Source: Dehalobacter restrictus DSM 9455
GTDB lineage: Bacteria; Bacillota; Desulfitobacteriia; Desulfitobacteriales; Syntrophobotulaceae
NCBI RefSeq assembly: GCF_000512895.1
Contig: NZ_CP007033.1
Coordinates: 124,659 to 156,658 of the forward strand
Direction: 5' to 3'
DNA length: 32,000 bases
Shown: piece after piece, positions 1 to 8,379 of the stretch
Numbering within the stretch: the stretch's first letter is position 1
Layout of the letters: every line of letters starts with the position of its first letter
Translations under genes and position numbers: made by a program
The notes under the pieces: model-generated
Told to the model about the DNA's origin: nothing
Databases searched by the model: none
The model's input: the letters and a program-made list of their open reading frames with translations, nothing else

Positions 1-350
1 CGCTGGAATACCTGGTGGGCAAGTACCGTGGGCTGGCAGGACAGCAAAAGGAGCGAAGAACGGATCAATCTCAGAATTCTGCCGGATCAGGCTCCACTCT
101 GCTTATCCCTCCGATGCATTTGACACCGAGGGAAGCATGGCTGGCAGCCAAGAGACCGGTGAAACTAAAGGATGCCCTTGGTTTAATTTCCGGAGAAACT
201 ATTTCGATTTATCCCCCCGGCATCCCGCTTATTGCAGGAGGAGAAGAAATCACCTCTTATGTACTGGAATATCTGAACAGGGCCAGAGAGTATAATTGGC
301 AGGGATGGGATGGTTCGGAACGCGGAGAAATTCTCGCAGTGAATATTTAA
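1..350 (+). CDS. 3' end of an Orn/Lys/Arg decarboxylase family (PLP-dependent) gene; the 5' part lies outside the window
   Basis: The frame is open from the window edge, with no stop upstream of listed ORF 15..350. The C-terminal motif IYPPGIPLIAGGEEIT is typical of the Orn/Lys/Arg decarboxylase C-terminal domain. The gene sits upstream of holB, as the yaaO-like gene does in Bacillota. Confidence 0.6.
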   Translation, partial: LEYLVGKYRGLAGQQKERRTDQSQNSAGSGSTLLIPPMHLTPREAWLAAKRPVKLKDALGLISGETISIYPPGIPLIAGGEEITSYVLEYLNRAREYNWQGWDGSERGEILAVNI

Positions 351-363
351 GGTGGATACGATC

Positions 364-1209
364 ATGGGGATCAATTATACATTATTAACAAAAGCAGCAC
401 TTGAAGGAAAACTGGCCCATTTTCTCTTATTTCACGGCAGCGGGATGATCGAAAGAGAAAGGGCTGTTCGAGATCTTGCTCTCATGTTAAACTGTAGAAA
501 AGAAAATAAACCCTGCAGGGAGTGTCCGGATTGCAAAAAGATGTTATCCGGCAATCACCCTGATTTTCATATGATCAAGCCGCAAAAGACATCGATTGGC
601 ATCGAACAGATTATTCAGATTCAGGGGAAACTATATCGTAAGACCTATGAAGGGAAATTCCGGATATGTTTGATTGACCAGGCAGACAAGCTTACACTCC
701 CTGCTGCGAATGCGCTGCTTAAATTGGCCGAGGAGCCACCAGATCATACGTTAATTGTCTTAAGTGCAGGAAATGCCGAGGGAATTATTAATACCTTAAG
801 GAGCCGCGCTCAGGAAGTCTATTTCTCTTCGCCGGCAGAAAGCGATTGGCTGGAGGAGACGGATGCTTTCCGGCTTAGCGGCGGAGATCCAGATCTGGCA
901 AGGAAAATCCAGGAAGTTGGTCTAAGCCGGATCAAGAGCCTGTCAGGAAATTATCTGGAGGCCATTGATAAAAAAGATTTCCTCAAAATGTTTGCGCTTT
1001 TTCCGATGGAAAGAGAAGAAGGCCAGCTTCTTCTGCAGGTCCTGGCTGTTGTCCTGAAAGAAATGGTGATTAAAGGGCAGCAGTCACCTCAAGTTCTCAA
1101 AGAAATTACACAAATGACAGAAGCCGTCCGCAGACAGGTTAATCACAGGCTGGCGCTGGAAGTACTGGCCCTAAAACATTTGAAATTGGGAGGAACCGAT
1201 ATTGGCTAA
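364..1209 (+). CDS. holB: DNA polymerase III delta-prime subunit
   Basis: Contains an AAA+-like N-terminus (HFLLFHGSG), the Cys cluster CRECPDCKKMLSGNHPDFH, and LRSRAQ (SRC-like) motifs. The ATG at 364 is preferred over the GTG at 352 because AAGGTGGA lies 7 nt upstream. Synteny with yaaT-yabA supports the call. Confidence 0.8.
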   Translation: MGINYTLLTKAALEGKLAHFLLFHGSGMIERERAVRDLALMLNCRKENKPCRECPDCKKMLSGNHPDFHMIKPQKTSIGIEQIIQIQGKLYRKTYEGKFRICLIDQADKLTLPAANALLKLAEEPPDHTLIVLSAGNAEGIINTLRSRAQEVYFSSPAESDWLEETDAFRLSGGDPDLARKIQEVGLSRIKSLSGNYLEAIDKKDFLKMFALFPMEREEGQLLLQVLAVVLKEMVIKGQQSPQVLKEITQMTEAVRRQVNHRLALEVLALKHLKLGGTDIG

Positions 1210-1954
1210 AGTTGTTGGTATTCGTTTCAAAAAAGCCGGCAAGATCTATTATTTTCTTCCCGGCAGCCTCGATATAAAGCCGAACGACGGTGTTATTGTG
1301 GAGACGGTACGGGGAATGGAATACGGTAAAGCGGTCATTTCGTTAAAAGAGATTTCCGAAGAGGAAGTGGTATCGCCGCTCAAAGAGGTGCTGCGCTTAG
1401 CAACACCCGAAGATGAGGAAATCTATCAAAACAATGAGAAGAAAGAAAAAGAGGCTTTTCAGATATGCCTCAAAAAGATTCATGCCCATCAGCTTCCGAT
1501 GAAACTGATTGATGTAGAATATACTTTTGATGGCAATAAGATTATTTTTTCTTTTACAGCCGAAGGCCGGGTGGATTTCAGGGAACTGGTGAAAGATCTG
1601 GCCTCCGTATTCCGTACCCGCATAGAACTTCGACAGATCGGGGTGCGGGATGAGGCGAAGATGCTCGGAGGACTCGGTTCCTGTGGCAGGGAACTGTGCT
1701 GCAGCTCTTTCCTGGGAGATTTCGAACCGGTATCGATCCGGATGGCCAAAGATCAGAATCTTTCGCTTAACCCGACAAAAATTTCCGGCATCTGCGGAAG
1801 GCTGATGTGCTGTCTTAAATATGAGAATAGCTGCTATGAATGCCACAACACATTAAATAAGGGACCCAAAGAGAATCGGATTTTCTCTGAGGTATATGAT
1901 AAGGAGAGCCAAGAAGAATTGCGCAAACTTGTTGCCGAAGAAGCGGAGGAATAG
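1202..1954 (+). CDS. ricT: PSP1-domain protein (stage 0 sporulation protein YaaT / RicT)
   Basis: N-terminus VVGIRFKKAGKIYYF and the Cys-rich block GSCGRELCCSSFL...GICGRLMCCLKYE are typical of YaaT. TTG start with GGGAGG 8 nt upstream. Overlaps the holB stop by 8 nt. Confidence 0.8.
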   Translation: MAKVVGIRFKKAGKIYYFLPGSLDIKPNDGVIVETVRGMEYGKAVISLKEISEEEVVSPLKEVLRLATPEDEEIYQNNEKKEKEAFQICLKKIHAHQLPMKLIDVEYTFDGNKIIFSFTAEGRVDFRELVKDLASVFRTRIELRQIGVRDEAKMLGGLGSCGRELCCSSFLGDFEPVSIRMAKDQNLSLNPTKISGICGRLMCCLKYENSCYECHNTLNKGPKENRIFSEVYDKESQEELRKLVAEEAEE

Positions 1955-1956
1955 AG

Positions 1957-2265
1957 TTGGGCCAGCTATATCAGGCAATTACGGAAGTTGAAGAAAATAT
2001 CTCAACGCTTTTAAGTGAAGTAAAAAGCCTTAGGCAATATGTTGAGTATCTGGAAGAAGAAAACGTCAAACTAAAAAGGCAGCTTTGTGCCGTCTCAGAG
2101 GCAGATACGGTCAGGGTACAGAAAAATGCAGCCAAAATCCAAAAGGAAGCACAGGAAAATCTCGAAAAGCTCTATCAGGAAGGTTTTCATGTTTGCCATA
2201 TTTATTTCGGGGAACCCGTTGAAGGAAGCTGCCTTTTCTGCAATGCTTTTCTTCGTAAAGACTGA
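1957..2265 (+). CDS. yabA: DNA replication initiation control protein YabA
   Basis: About 100 aa, with an N-terminal coiled-coil (LRQYVEYLEEENVKLKRQL) and a C-terminal Zn motif (CHIYFG...CLFC). Lies directly after yaaT, as in Bacillus. Confidence 0.75.
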   Translation: MGQLYQAITEVEENISTLLSEVKSLRQYVEYLEEENVKLKRQLCAVSEADTVRVQKNAAKIQKEAQENLEKLYQEGFHVCHIYFGEPVEGSCLFCNAFLRKD

Positions 2266-2280
2266 CGACCGGAGGATATC

Positions 2281-3113
2281 ATGCCGCAAATAGGGACTTT
2301 GTATGTCTGTGCCACCCCAATCGGCAATTTAGGAGATATTACGCTTCGGGTGCTCGAAACACTGAAAGCAGTCGATTTTATAGCCGCGGAAGATACGAGG
2401 CATTCGAGAAAACTTCTTGATCATTATCATATTAAGACCCCTCTTTTAAGTTACCATGACCATAATGAAAAATCGCGTGCCGAGGAGATTGTTCGCTTCT
2501 TAAAAGAAGGAAAAAGCGGTGCGTTGGTCTCTGATGCGGGAATGCCCGGGATATCTGATCCCGGTCATATACTTATTGCCCGCTGTCAGGAAGAAAAAAT
2601 CTGTGTTGACGTTTTGCCTGGCGCCAATGCTGCTTTAACAGCACTTGTTCTGTCGGGAATGCCGGCGGAGAATTTTCTTTTTCTGGGATTTTTGCCTTCG
2701 ACAAAAACAGAGCGCAAGAAAATTCTTAGAGAAATGACCGAGATTCCTTACACCATTATTCTCTATGAGGCACCTCACCGGATCAAAGCAACGCTGGAAG
2801 ACATTCTGGAGATTCTTGGGAACCGTCAGACCGCAGTTGCCAGGGAGCTGACTAAACTGCACCAAACGGTACACAGGGGTCTCATAAATGAACTTCTGCA
2901 GGAATTCCGGCTTGCACCAGTAAAAGGTGAATGCTGTATTATTCTGGCACCTGCAGAAAAAACATTGATCCCGGGGACCCTTCCCTTTGGATGGAGGACC
3001 TCCGAAAATTTGAAAAAGACGGCAAAGATCGCAAGGAAGCAATGAAAATGGTTGCTAAAAAATATGGTATGAGTAAAAGTATGATTTATAAGGCTTTTCT
3101 GGATCAGAAGTGA
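2281..3113 (+). pseudogene. rsmI: 16S rRNA (cytidine1402-2'-O)-methyltransferase RsmI, interrupted by a 1-nt frameshift (possibly an assembly artefact)
   Basis: N-terminus GTLYVCATPIGNLGDITLRVLETLK and SDAGMPGISDPG are RsmI hallmarks. The expected C-terminal helix-turn-helix-like tail (KEAMKMVAKKYGMSKSMIYKAF) is encoded in the -1 frame (ORF 2931..3113). The frames join at the A6 run 2957..2962. Combined length is about 277 codons, normal for RsmI. Confidence 0.7.
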
Positions 3114-3122
3114 CAAAATGGA

Positions 3123-3156
3123 CAAAAAAAACAGGAAGTAACTATTTACCTCCTGT
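3123..3156 (-). terminator. Rho-independent terminator of abrB
   Basis: On the minus strand the sequence reads ACAGGAGGTAAATAGTTACTTCCTGT (8-bp stem with one mismatch) followed by TTTTTTTT. It lies 17 nt after the abrB stop. Confidence 0.6.
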
Positions 3157-3172
3157 CTGGAAAGCCAGATGT

Positions 3173-3439
3173 TCAACCGGCTTTATTTTCTGAAGCAGCA
3201 GCTTCCCCCATTGCCGCGGCACATTCACGACAGACATTCTTCCCGCGGAATACTTGAACATTGGAAGCATTGCCACAGAAGACGCAAGCTGGCTCATACT
3301 TTTTAAGTATGATTTTTTCTTCGTCAACATATATTTCCAAAGCGTCTCTTTCATCAATTCCTAATGTTCTGCGAAGTTCGATTGGTAATACGACCCGACC
3401 CAATTCATCAACTTTTCTCACAATTCCTGTAGATTTCAT
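3173..3439 (-). CDS. abrB: Transition-state regulator AbrB (SpoVT/AbrB swapped-hairpin DNA-binding domain)
   Basis: MKSTGIVRKVDELGRVVLPIELRRTLGI...LEIYVDEEKIILKKY is near-identical to the AbrB N-domain. The start is moved to the ATG at 3439 (MKSTG), with AAAGGGG 9 nt upstream. Confidence 0.85.
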   Translation of the reverse strand: MKSTGIVRKVDELGRVVLPIELRRTLGIDERDALEIYVDEEKIILKKYEPACVFCGNASNVQVFRGKNVCRECAAAMGEAAASENKAG

Positions 3440-3618
3440 AATTTTCATCCCCTTTCTCAACAAGTTTCGACATATATCATCCTAATGTTACCAATCATGT
3501 CTGAAAAAGTCAATAGGCGAAAAGTTTTAAAAACGCTTTTTTATCAGAAAAAATATATAGTGTATTCATGATATCCAAAATTATAATATTTAGTTTACCG
3601 AAATAGTCTCGTTGGGCC

Positions 3619-3648
3619 TTGACAGTATTTGCTGAAATTTCCTATATT
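3619..3648 (+). promoter_or_regulatory. Putative sigma-A promoter of metG
   Basis: TTGACA (3619..3624), an 18-nt spacer, then TATATT (3643..3648), about 85 nt upstream of the metG GTG start. Confidence 0.4.
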
Positions 3649-3733
3649 TATTGAAGAGAATGCAAACATAGCAAACCTTGAAACTACTGATGATAACGAA
3701 TTGTCTACCGTAAATAAAAGGAGGTCTATTCCT

Positions 3734-5731
3734 GTGAAATATTATATTACCACACCTATTTATTATCCCAATTCCAGTCCTCATATCGGGACTGCGTACA
3801 CGACTATTGCTGCCGATGCGATGGCTCGTCTGCGAAGAATGAAGGGCGATGATGTCTATTTTTTGACCGGGACGGATGAGAATGCGCAAAAAATTGTACG
3901 GACTGCTGAAAATGCCGGGATGGATCCGCTTACATATGTTGACGGGATCGTCGATAAATTTAAGGAATTCTGGAGACTGCTCGACATTTCCAATGATGAT
4001 TTTGTCCGGACAACAGAAGAGCGGCATGCCAAAGTCGTACAGCAAATATTTACAATGCTCTATGAAAAGAGCGATATTTACAAATCCGAGTACGAAGGTT
4101 GGTACTGTACACCATGTGAAACTTTCTGGACAGAAAACAAACTTGTTGACGGAAAATGTCCGAATCCAGATTGTGGAAGAAATGTGGAACTTCTGAAAGA
4201 AGAAAGTTATTTTTTCAGGATGTCCAAATACAGTGGCAGACTGCTGCAATATATTCAGGACCATCCCGATTTTATTCAGCCTACTTCGAGAAGAAATGAA
4301 ATGATCCGGTTTATTGAAGGCGGGCTTGAAGATCTCTGCGTATCGCGTACGACCTTCCAGTGGGGCATCAAGGTTCCTTTTGATCCGAAACATGTGGTCT
4401 ATGTCTGGCTCGATGCTCTGATTAACTATATCTCTGCGCTGGGCTATCCCGACGGCGAAAAATACAAAACTTACTGGCCGGCCAGTGTTCATCTTGTTGG
4501 CAAAGATATTGTCCGTTTCCATACCATTATCTGGCCAATTATTTTGATGGCGCTTGATCTTCCTTTGCCCGAGAAGGTTTTTGGCCACGGATGGTTCTTA
4601 AGCAAAGAAGGTGGAAAAATATCCAAGTCAAGAGGAAACGTTCAGGATTCGTTTCAGTTGATTCAGAGATATGGCGCTGATCCCATTCGGTATTTCCTGT
4701 TAAGAGAACTACAGTATGGGATGGACGGTACTTTCTCTGAGGATGATCTGGTCGAAAAATTAAACAGTGATCTGGCGAATGATCTCGGAAATTTTGTGTC
4801 TCGCACCTTGGCCATGGTCGTAAAATACCGGAATGGAATTGTCCCGGAACCCGGAGAAGATACCGATTTGGAGAGGGAGATCAGAGATTTAAGCAGCAAG
4901 GTAAAACAAGGGACGGAAGAAAAAATGCTGGCCTGTGATACGGCGGCGGCGCTTGAGGTTATCTGGCAGTTTGTCAGCAGGTGCAATAAATATGTCGATG
5001 AGACAGCTCCCTGGAATCTGGCAAAAAGTGAGGATAATCAGGACAGGCTGGATACGGTGCTTTATACATTTATGGAGTGCATCAGGATCCTTGGCATTTT
5101 ATGTGCCCCCTTTATGCCGGGAGTACCGAGAAAAATCAAACCCCTCCTGGGAGATACAGATTTCTTCAAGGACTGGGAACAGGCAGACAGCTGGAATGTT
5201 ATTCAGCCGGGCACGGCCATCCGAAAGGGAGAAGCCATTTTCCCGAGAATCGATGTCTCCGCATACCTTGAGCAGGTCAATTCTGAAATGGAAAGGTGTG
5301 TCACACAGGTGCAGGGTAATACAGGCCATCAACAAGAAGTAAATCTAGAAGTCAGTCCTTCGCAACTGGGAAATTTGCAGCAAATGGCGGAGATGGTTCC
5401 GCTCAAGGAAGAAATCAGCATTGAAGAGTTTGCCAAAATGGATTTTAGGGTTGTTAAAGTGCTGCAGGCAGAAAAAGTAGAAAAAGCTGACAAACTGTTA
5501 AAACTGGAAGTTGAAATGGGTGGGGAGCGTAGAACAATTGTATCCGGTATTGCTCAGCATTACAGCCCAGAAGCGCTTGTCGGCAAAAAGGTCATTCTGG
5601 TTGCGAATCTTAAGCCTGCCAAGCTCCGCGGAATCATGTCCCAGGGGATGATTCTGGCAGCTTCGCAGGACGGAGAGCTGGAAGTACTTACAGTTCAGAA
5701 AGATCTTCCGACAGGGGCTCAGGTCAAATGA
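3734..5731 (+). CDS. metG: Methionine--tRNA ligase with a C-terminal tRNA-binding (Trbp111/EMAP-like) domain
   Basis: Contains YITTPIYYPNSSPHIGTAYT (HIGH region), KISKSRGN (KMSKS), and Zn knuckles CTPCE...CPNPDCG. The GTG start at 3734 has AAAGGAGG 9 nt upstream. The listed ORF start at 3629 lies in the leader. Confidence 0.9.
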   Translation: MKYYITTPIYYPNSSPHIGTAYTTIAADAMARLRRMKGDDVYFLTGTDENAQKIVRTAENAGMDPLTYVDGIVDKFKEFWRLLDISNDDFVRTTEERHAKVVQQIFTMLYEKSDIYKSEYEGWYCTPCETFWTENKLVDGKCPNPDCGRNVELLKEESYFFRMSKYSGRLLQYIQDHPDFIQPTSRRNEMIRFIEGGLEDLCVSRTTFQWGIKVPFDPKHVVYVWLDALINYISALGYPDGEKYKTYWPASVHLVGKDIVRFHTIIWPIILMALDLPLPEKVFGHGWFLSKEGGKISKSRGNVQDSFQLIQRYGADPIRYFLLRELQYGMDGTFSEDDLVEKLNSDLANDLGNFVSRTLAMVVKYRNGIVPEPGEDTDLEREIRDLSSKVKQGTEEKMLACDTAAALEVIWQFVSRCNKYVDETAPWNLAKSEDNQDRLDTVLYTFMECIRILGILCAPFMPGVPRKIKPLLGDTDFFKDWEQADSWNVIQPGTAIRKGEAIFPRIDVSAYLEQVNSEMERCVTQVQGNTGHQQEVNLEVSPSQLGNLQQMAEMVPLKEEISIEEFAKMDFRVVKVLQAEKVEKADKLLKLEVEMGGERRTIVSGIAQHYSPEALVGKKVILVANLKPAKLRGIMSQGMILAASQDGELEVLTVQKDLPTGAQVK

Positions 5732-6525
5732 TTTGGGATACGCATGCGCATCTGGAAGACAGCCAGTTTAGCCCGGACAGGGGTGAGACCATAGCCCGAG
5801 CTACCGCAGCTGGCGTAACGACGATTGTAAACGTCGGATCTACCGAAGCGACAAGTCAGAATTCGGTGAGGCTGGCTGAAGAATACCCGTTTATTTATGC
5901 AGCAGTAGGCATTCATCCGCACGATGTTGAAGCTTGTACGGATAAAACCTGGGAGACGCTGCTCAGATTGGCGCAGAACCCGAAAGTTGTTGCCTGGGGA
6001 GAAATTGGCCTGGATTATTTCAGGGACATTTCTCCCCGGGATGACCAGCGCAAGTGGTTTATTCATCAATTAAAACTGGCCAATGAAGTTGGTTTGCCGG
6101 TGATCATCCATAACCGGGATGCACACGGGGATATTCTCCAAATTATAAAAAATCATCCTCCTGAGGCAGGCGGCGTTTTTCATTCTTATTCGGGTTCCTG
6201 GGAAATGGCAAAAGAACTTTTGGCCATGGGTTTTTATTTGTCTTTTTCGGGGCCGCTTACTTTCAAAAATGCCCGCCATGCCCCTGAAGTTGCGGAGAAA
6301 GTGCCGGAAGACAGGTTCTTAATTGAGACGGACTGTCCGTATCTTACCCCGGAGCCCTACCGCGGTAAACGAAATGAGCCTGCTTATATATGTGAAGTAT
6401 TGGCGAAAATTGCGGCAATCAGGGGAATGGAGGTCAGGGAAGCAGCCCGTCTGAGCAGTGAAAATGCTCGCAGATTGTTCAGAATTGATCAGTTTCAGTG
6501 TGAGATAGGAAGTAATCTTCAGTGA
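5728..6525 (+). CDS. tatD: TatD-family metal-dependent DNase/hydrolase (YabD)
   Basis: MIWDTHAHLE..., GEIGLDY, IHNRDAH and ETDCPYL are TatD motifs. ATGA start/stop overlap with metG. Confidence 0.85.
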   Translation: MIWDTHAHLEDSQFSPDRGETIARATAAGVTTIVNVGSTEATSQNSVRLAEEYPFIYAAVGIHPHDVEACTDKTWETLLRLAQNPKVVAWGEIGLDYFRDISPRDDQRKWFIHQLKLANEVGLPVIIHNRDAHGDILQIIKNHPPEAGGVFHSYSGSWEMAKELLAMGFYLSFSGPLTFKNARHAPEVAEKVPEDRFLIETDCPYLTPEPYRGKRNEPAYICEVLAKIAAIRGMEVREAARLSSENARRLFRIDQFQCEIGSNLQ

Positions 6526-6934
6526 TCTGCTGCAAACCAAACGGAGAGACGGAGAGACGTATTATTATTCTGAAAATTTTGGCGGTTTCTTGTCAAAATG
6601 GTCATTTTTTCTATTGTGAATACTCCCGGTCTAATGGTAAAATGTACAGTGTATAGGAAAAATGTAAATGCCAAATCAGATTAGACTCGTTCAAGTTTCG
6701 AAAGGGCTAATAATTTTTTTCACTATCTTGTAGATACAGTTATACACTTCTAGCGGCAAAATGTGTTTTGGAACTGGAGCCTTCGATTAAGAAAACACAT
6801 ACCAGACAGGAGGAGTGCAATATTTCTCAGTTACCTGAGGATATTATTTCAGTTGTAGAAACAAGATATTAGCATTAAGCAGATGCGAACTTTTAACAAT
6901 TGCTTTGCATTATTAATTTTAAGGAGGAAATAAA

Positions 6935-7573
6935 ATGATTGATCTGAAAGTGTTAACAGATGCCGTAGGTGACCTGGACGAAGATAAACTGATGGGGATG
7001 CTGAATGACTTTGTTGCATCGAAGCCTACCGAAGAAGAGGCTCAGTCCGTCGTTGGTGCCTGCCAGCAGGGAATGGCAAAAGTAGGGGAACTGTTTGAAA
7101 GCGGCGAGTACTTTGTAGGCGATTTGATCTTTGCCGGTGAGCTCTTAACCCAGTCCATCGATATCTTGAAACCGGTAATCGGCAGTGACAAATCCGCCAA
7201 AGTAGGCAAGATCGTACTGGACACTGTCGAAGGTGATTTGCACGATATCGGCAAGAACATTTTCAGAAGCATGTCTGAAGCAGCCGGATTTGAAGTCTTT
7301 GATTTGGGGATCGACCAAGGCCCAAGCGCATTCATTGAAAAAGTCAAAGAAGTACAGCCGGATATCGTAGGGATGAGCGGTGTACTGACGTTGGCCCTGG
7401 AAGCGATGAAAAAGACGGTAGATGAATTGAAAGCTGCTGGCGTGCGTGACAGCCTCAAAATCATTATTGGCGGAAACCCTGTAACAGAAGAAGCCTGCAG
7501 ACAGATCGGTGCAGATGCATTTACCACGAATGCAGCCGAAGGCGTTAAGATTTGCCAGAGCTGGGTAAAGTAA
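6935..7573 (+). CDS. Stand-alone corrinoid (cobalamin-binding) methyl-carrier protein, MtaC/MtbC/MtgC-like
   Basis: A B12-binding cap helix domain is followed by a Rossmann domain with the DxHxxG signature (GDLHDIGKN), SxL (MSGVLTL) and GG (IIIGGNP). AAGGAGG lies 7 nt upstream of the ATG. Confidence 0.85.
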   Translation: MIDLKVLTDAVGDLDEDKLMGMLNDFVASKPTEEEAQSVVGACQQGMAKVGELFESGEYFVGDLIFAGELLTQSIDILKPVIGSDKSAKVGKIVLDTVEGDLHDIGKNIFRSMSEAAGFEVFDLGIDQGPSAFIEKVKEVQPDIVGMSGVLTLALEAMKKTVDELKAAGVRDSLKIIIGGNPVTEEACRQIGADAFTTNAAEGVKICQSWVK

Positions 7574-7640
7574 ATATCTGATGTAAAAGCCGAAGCGACC
7601 ATGTTCAGCAGAACTAAGGCGTTTTGGATGTTAGCGAGGA

Positions 7641-7678
7641 GATAAGGGAAATAGTCCACTGGGACTGTTTCCCTTATT
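7641..7678 (+). terminator. Long hairpin downstream of the corrinoid protein gene (probable terminator)
   Basis: GATAAGGGAAATAGTCC-ACTG-GGACTGTTTCCCTTATT forms about 16 bp including G-U pairs. It lies 68 nt after the stop. The downstream T-tract is poor (TGTGCTGTTT). Confidence 0.5.
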
Positions 7679-7695
7679 GTGCTGTTTGGAGCTGC

Positions 7696-7721
7696 AAAAA
7701 CGCCTCAATATAATGAAGCGT
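7696..7721 (-). terminator. Rho-independent terminator at the end of the acs operon
   Basis: The minus strand reads ACGCTTCA-TTATAT-TGAGGCGT (8 bp including one G-U) followed by TTTTTG. It lies 40 nt after the DUF3786 stop. Confidence 0.55.
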
Positions 7722-7761
7722 CCTTGTTAAGCTTGCTTGGATTCATGTTATAATAATCTAT

Positions 7762-8367
7762 TTACTTCGCGAGCTCCTTCAAAAAGCTTAGCGCAATATC
7801 GCAGACAACAGCATGATCTTCAGCGTTGAAGTAATCCAGTGTATTGGCATCAAAAAGAATATTGGCTCCCGTGGCAAATTCCTCGTCGCCGTTCCAGAGA
7901 ATAAAGGTGACATAAATGTTGTTTATAAACTGAAAACGGTAGCTGAGGTCTCCGTGCGTTGTTTTCACTGCATTCAGCTTTTGCATCGCGCGTTCGAGCG
8001 CAGAAAAATCCTTACCAAACATTCTGGCCAGCCGCATGATACAACGGCCGTAAAAATTCCGGTAGTACACCTGTCCGCCGGAGACTTCCTGATAGGTGAT
8101 GTTCCTTTGTGTAGGAGGTGTACCCTTGGCGTGGACCAGGTAACGCAGGATTAACGTCATAACCGGAAAGTTTGTAATTTCGGAGCGGTTTGAATCGTAG
8201 ATTTTCCCTGAGGGGTAGGAGACAAAATAAGTTCTGCCCATTAGAAAAACACAAAACTCTTGCTTTTGGCTGTCATACGCTGTTCCGGATTTCCGGGATA
8301 TTTCCACAGGGTCACAGTCTATGAGCTTTGTGCGGATAAATTCATAATGCATCGGTGTATCGGACAC
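7762..8367 (-). CDS. DUF3786-domain protein of unknown function (last gene of the acs operon)
   Basis: The family was recognised from the overall sequence (MHYEFIRTKL...GRTYFVSYPSGKI...ILRYLV...), recalled from acs and corrinoid-methyltransferase neighbourhoods. GTG start with AAAGGAA 7 nt upstream. The family assignment is from memory and is not verified. Confidence 0.6.
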   Translation of the reverse strand: MSDTPMHYEFIRTKLIDCDPVEISRKSGTAYDSQKQEFCVFLMGRTYFVSYPSGKIYDSNRSEITNFPVMTLILRYLVHAKGTPPTQRNITYQEVSGGQVYYRNFYGRCIMRLARMFGKDFSALERAMQKLNAVKTTHGDLSYRFQFINNIYVTFILWNGDEEFATGANILFDANTLDYFNAEDHAVVCDIALSFLKELAK

Positions 8368-8379
8368 GGTTTTATTCCT

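Noticed and set aside
3464-3733. Possible T-box leader upstream of metG
   Set aside because: No T-box sequence (AATTAGGGTGGTACCGCG-like) or specifier/terminator architecture is present. The predicted promoter leaves only ~85 nt of leader.
3590-4588. 332-aa ORF antisense to metG. Similar long antisense ORFs occur at 7042..7659, 21258..21833, 24366..24770, 1397..1846 and 25889..26302.
   Set aside because: These are shadow ORFs lying entirely opposite strongly supported genes. Their composition is low-complexity or odd, and they have no recognisable motifs or RBS.
6541-6559. Tandem repeat ACGGAGAG x2.4 just after tatD
   Set aside because: The repeat is too short, has too few copies, and has no associated structure. 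It is probably a chance micro-duplication.
6808-6837. SD-like GGAGGAG followed by a 7-codon mini-ORF (GTG CAA TAT TTC TCA GTT ACC TGA)
   Set aside because: There is no spacing between the SD-like element and the GTG, and the ORF is tiny. It is more likely part of a leader RNA structure than a leader peptide.
6526-6934. Possible cobalamin riboswitch upstream of the corrinoid protein gene
   Set aside because: I could not find a B12-box or the GCCACTG core. The structures present are generic hairpins.
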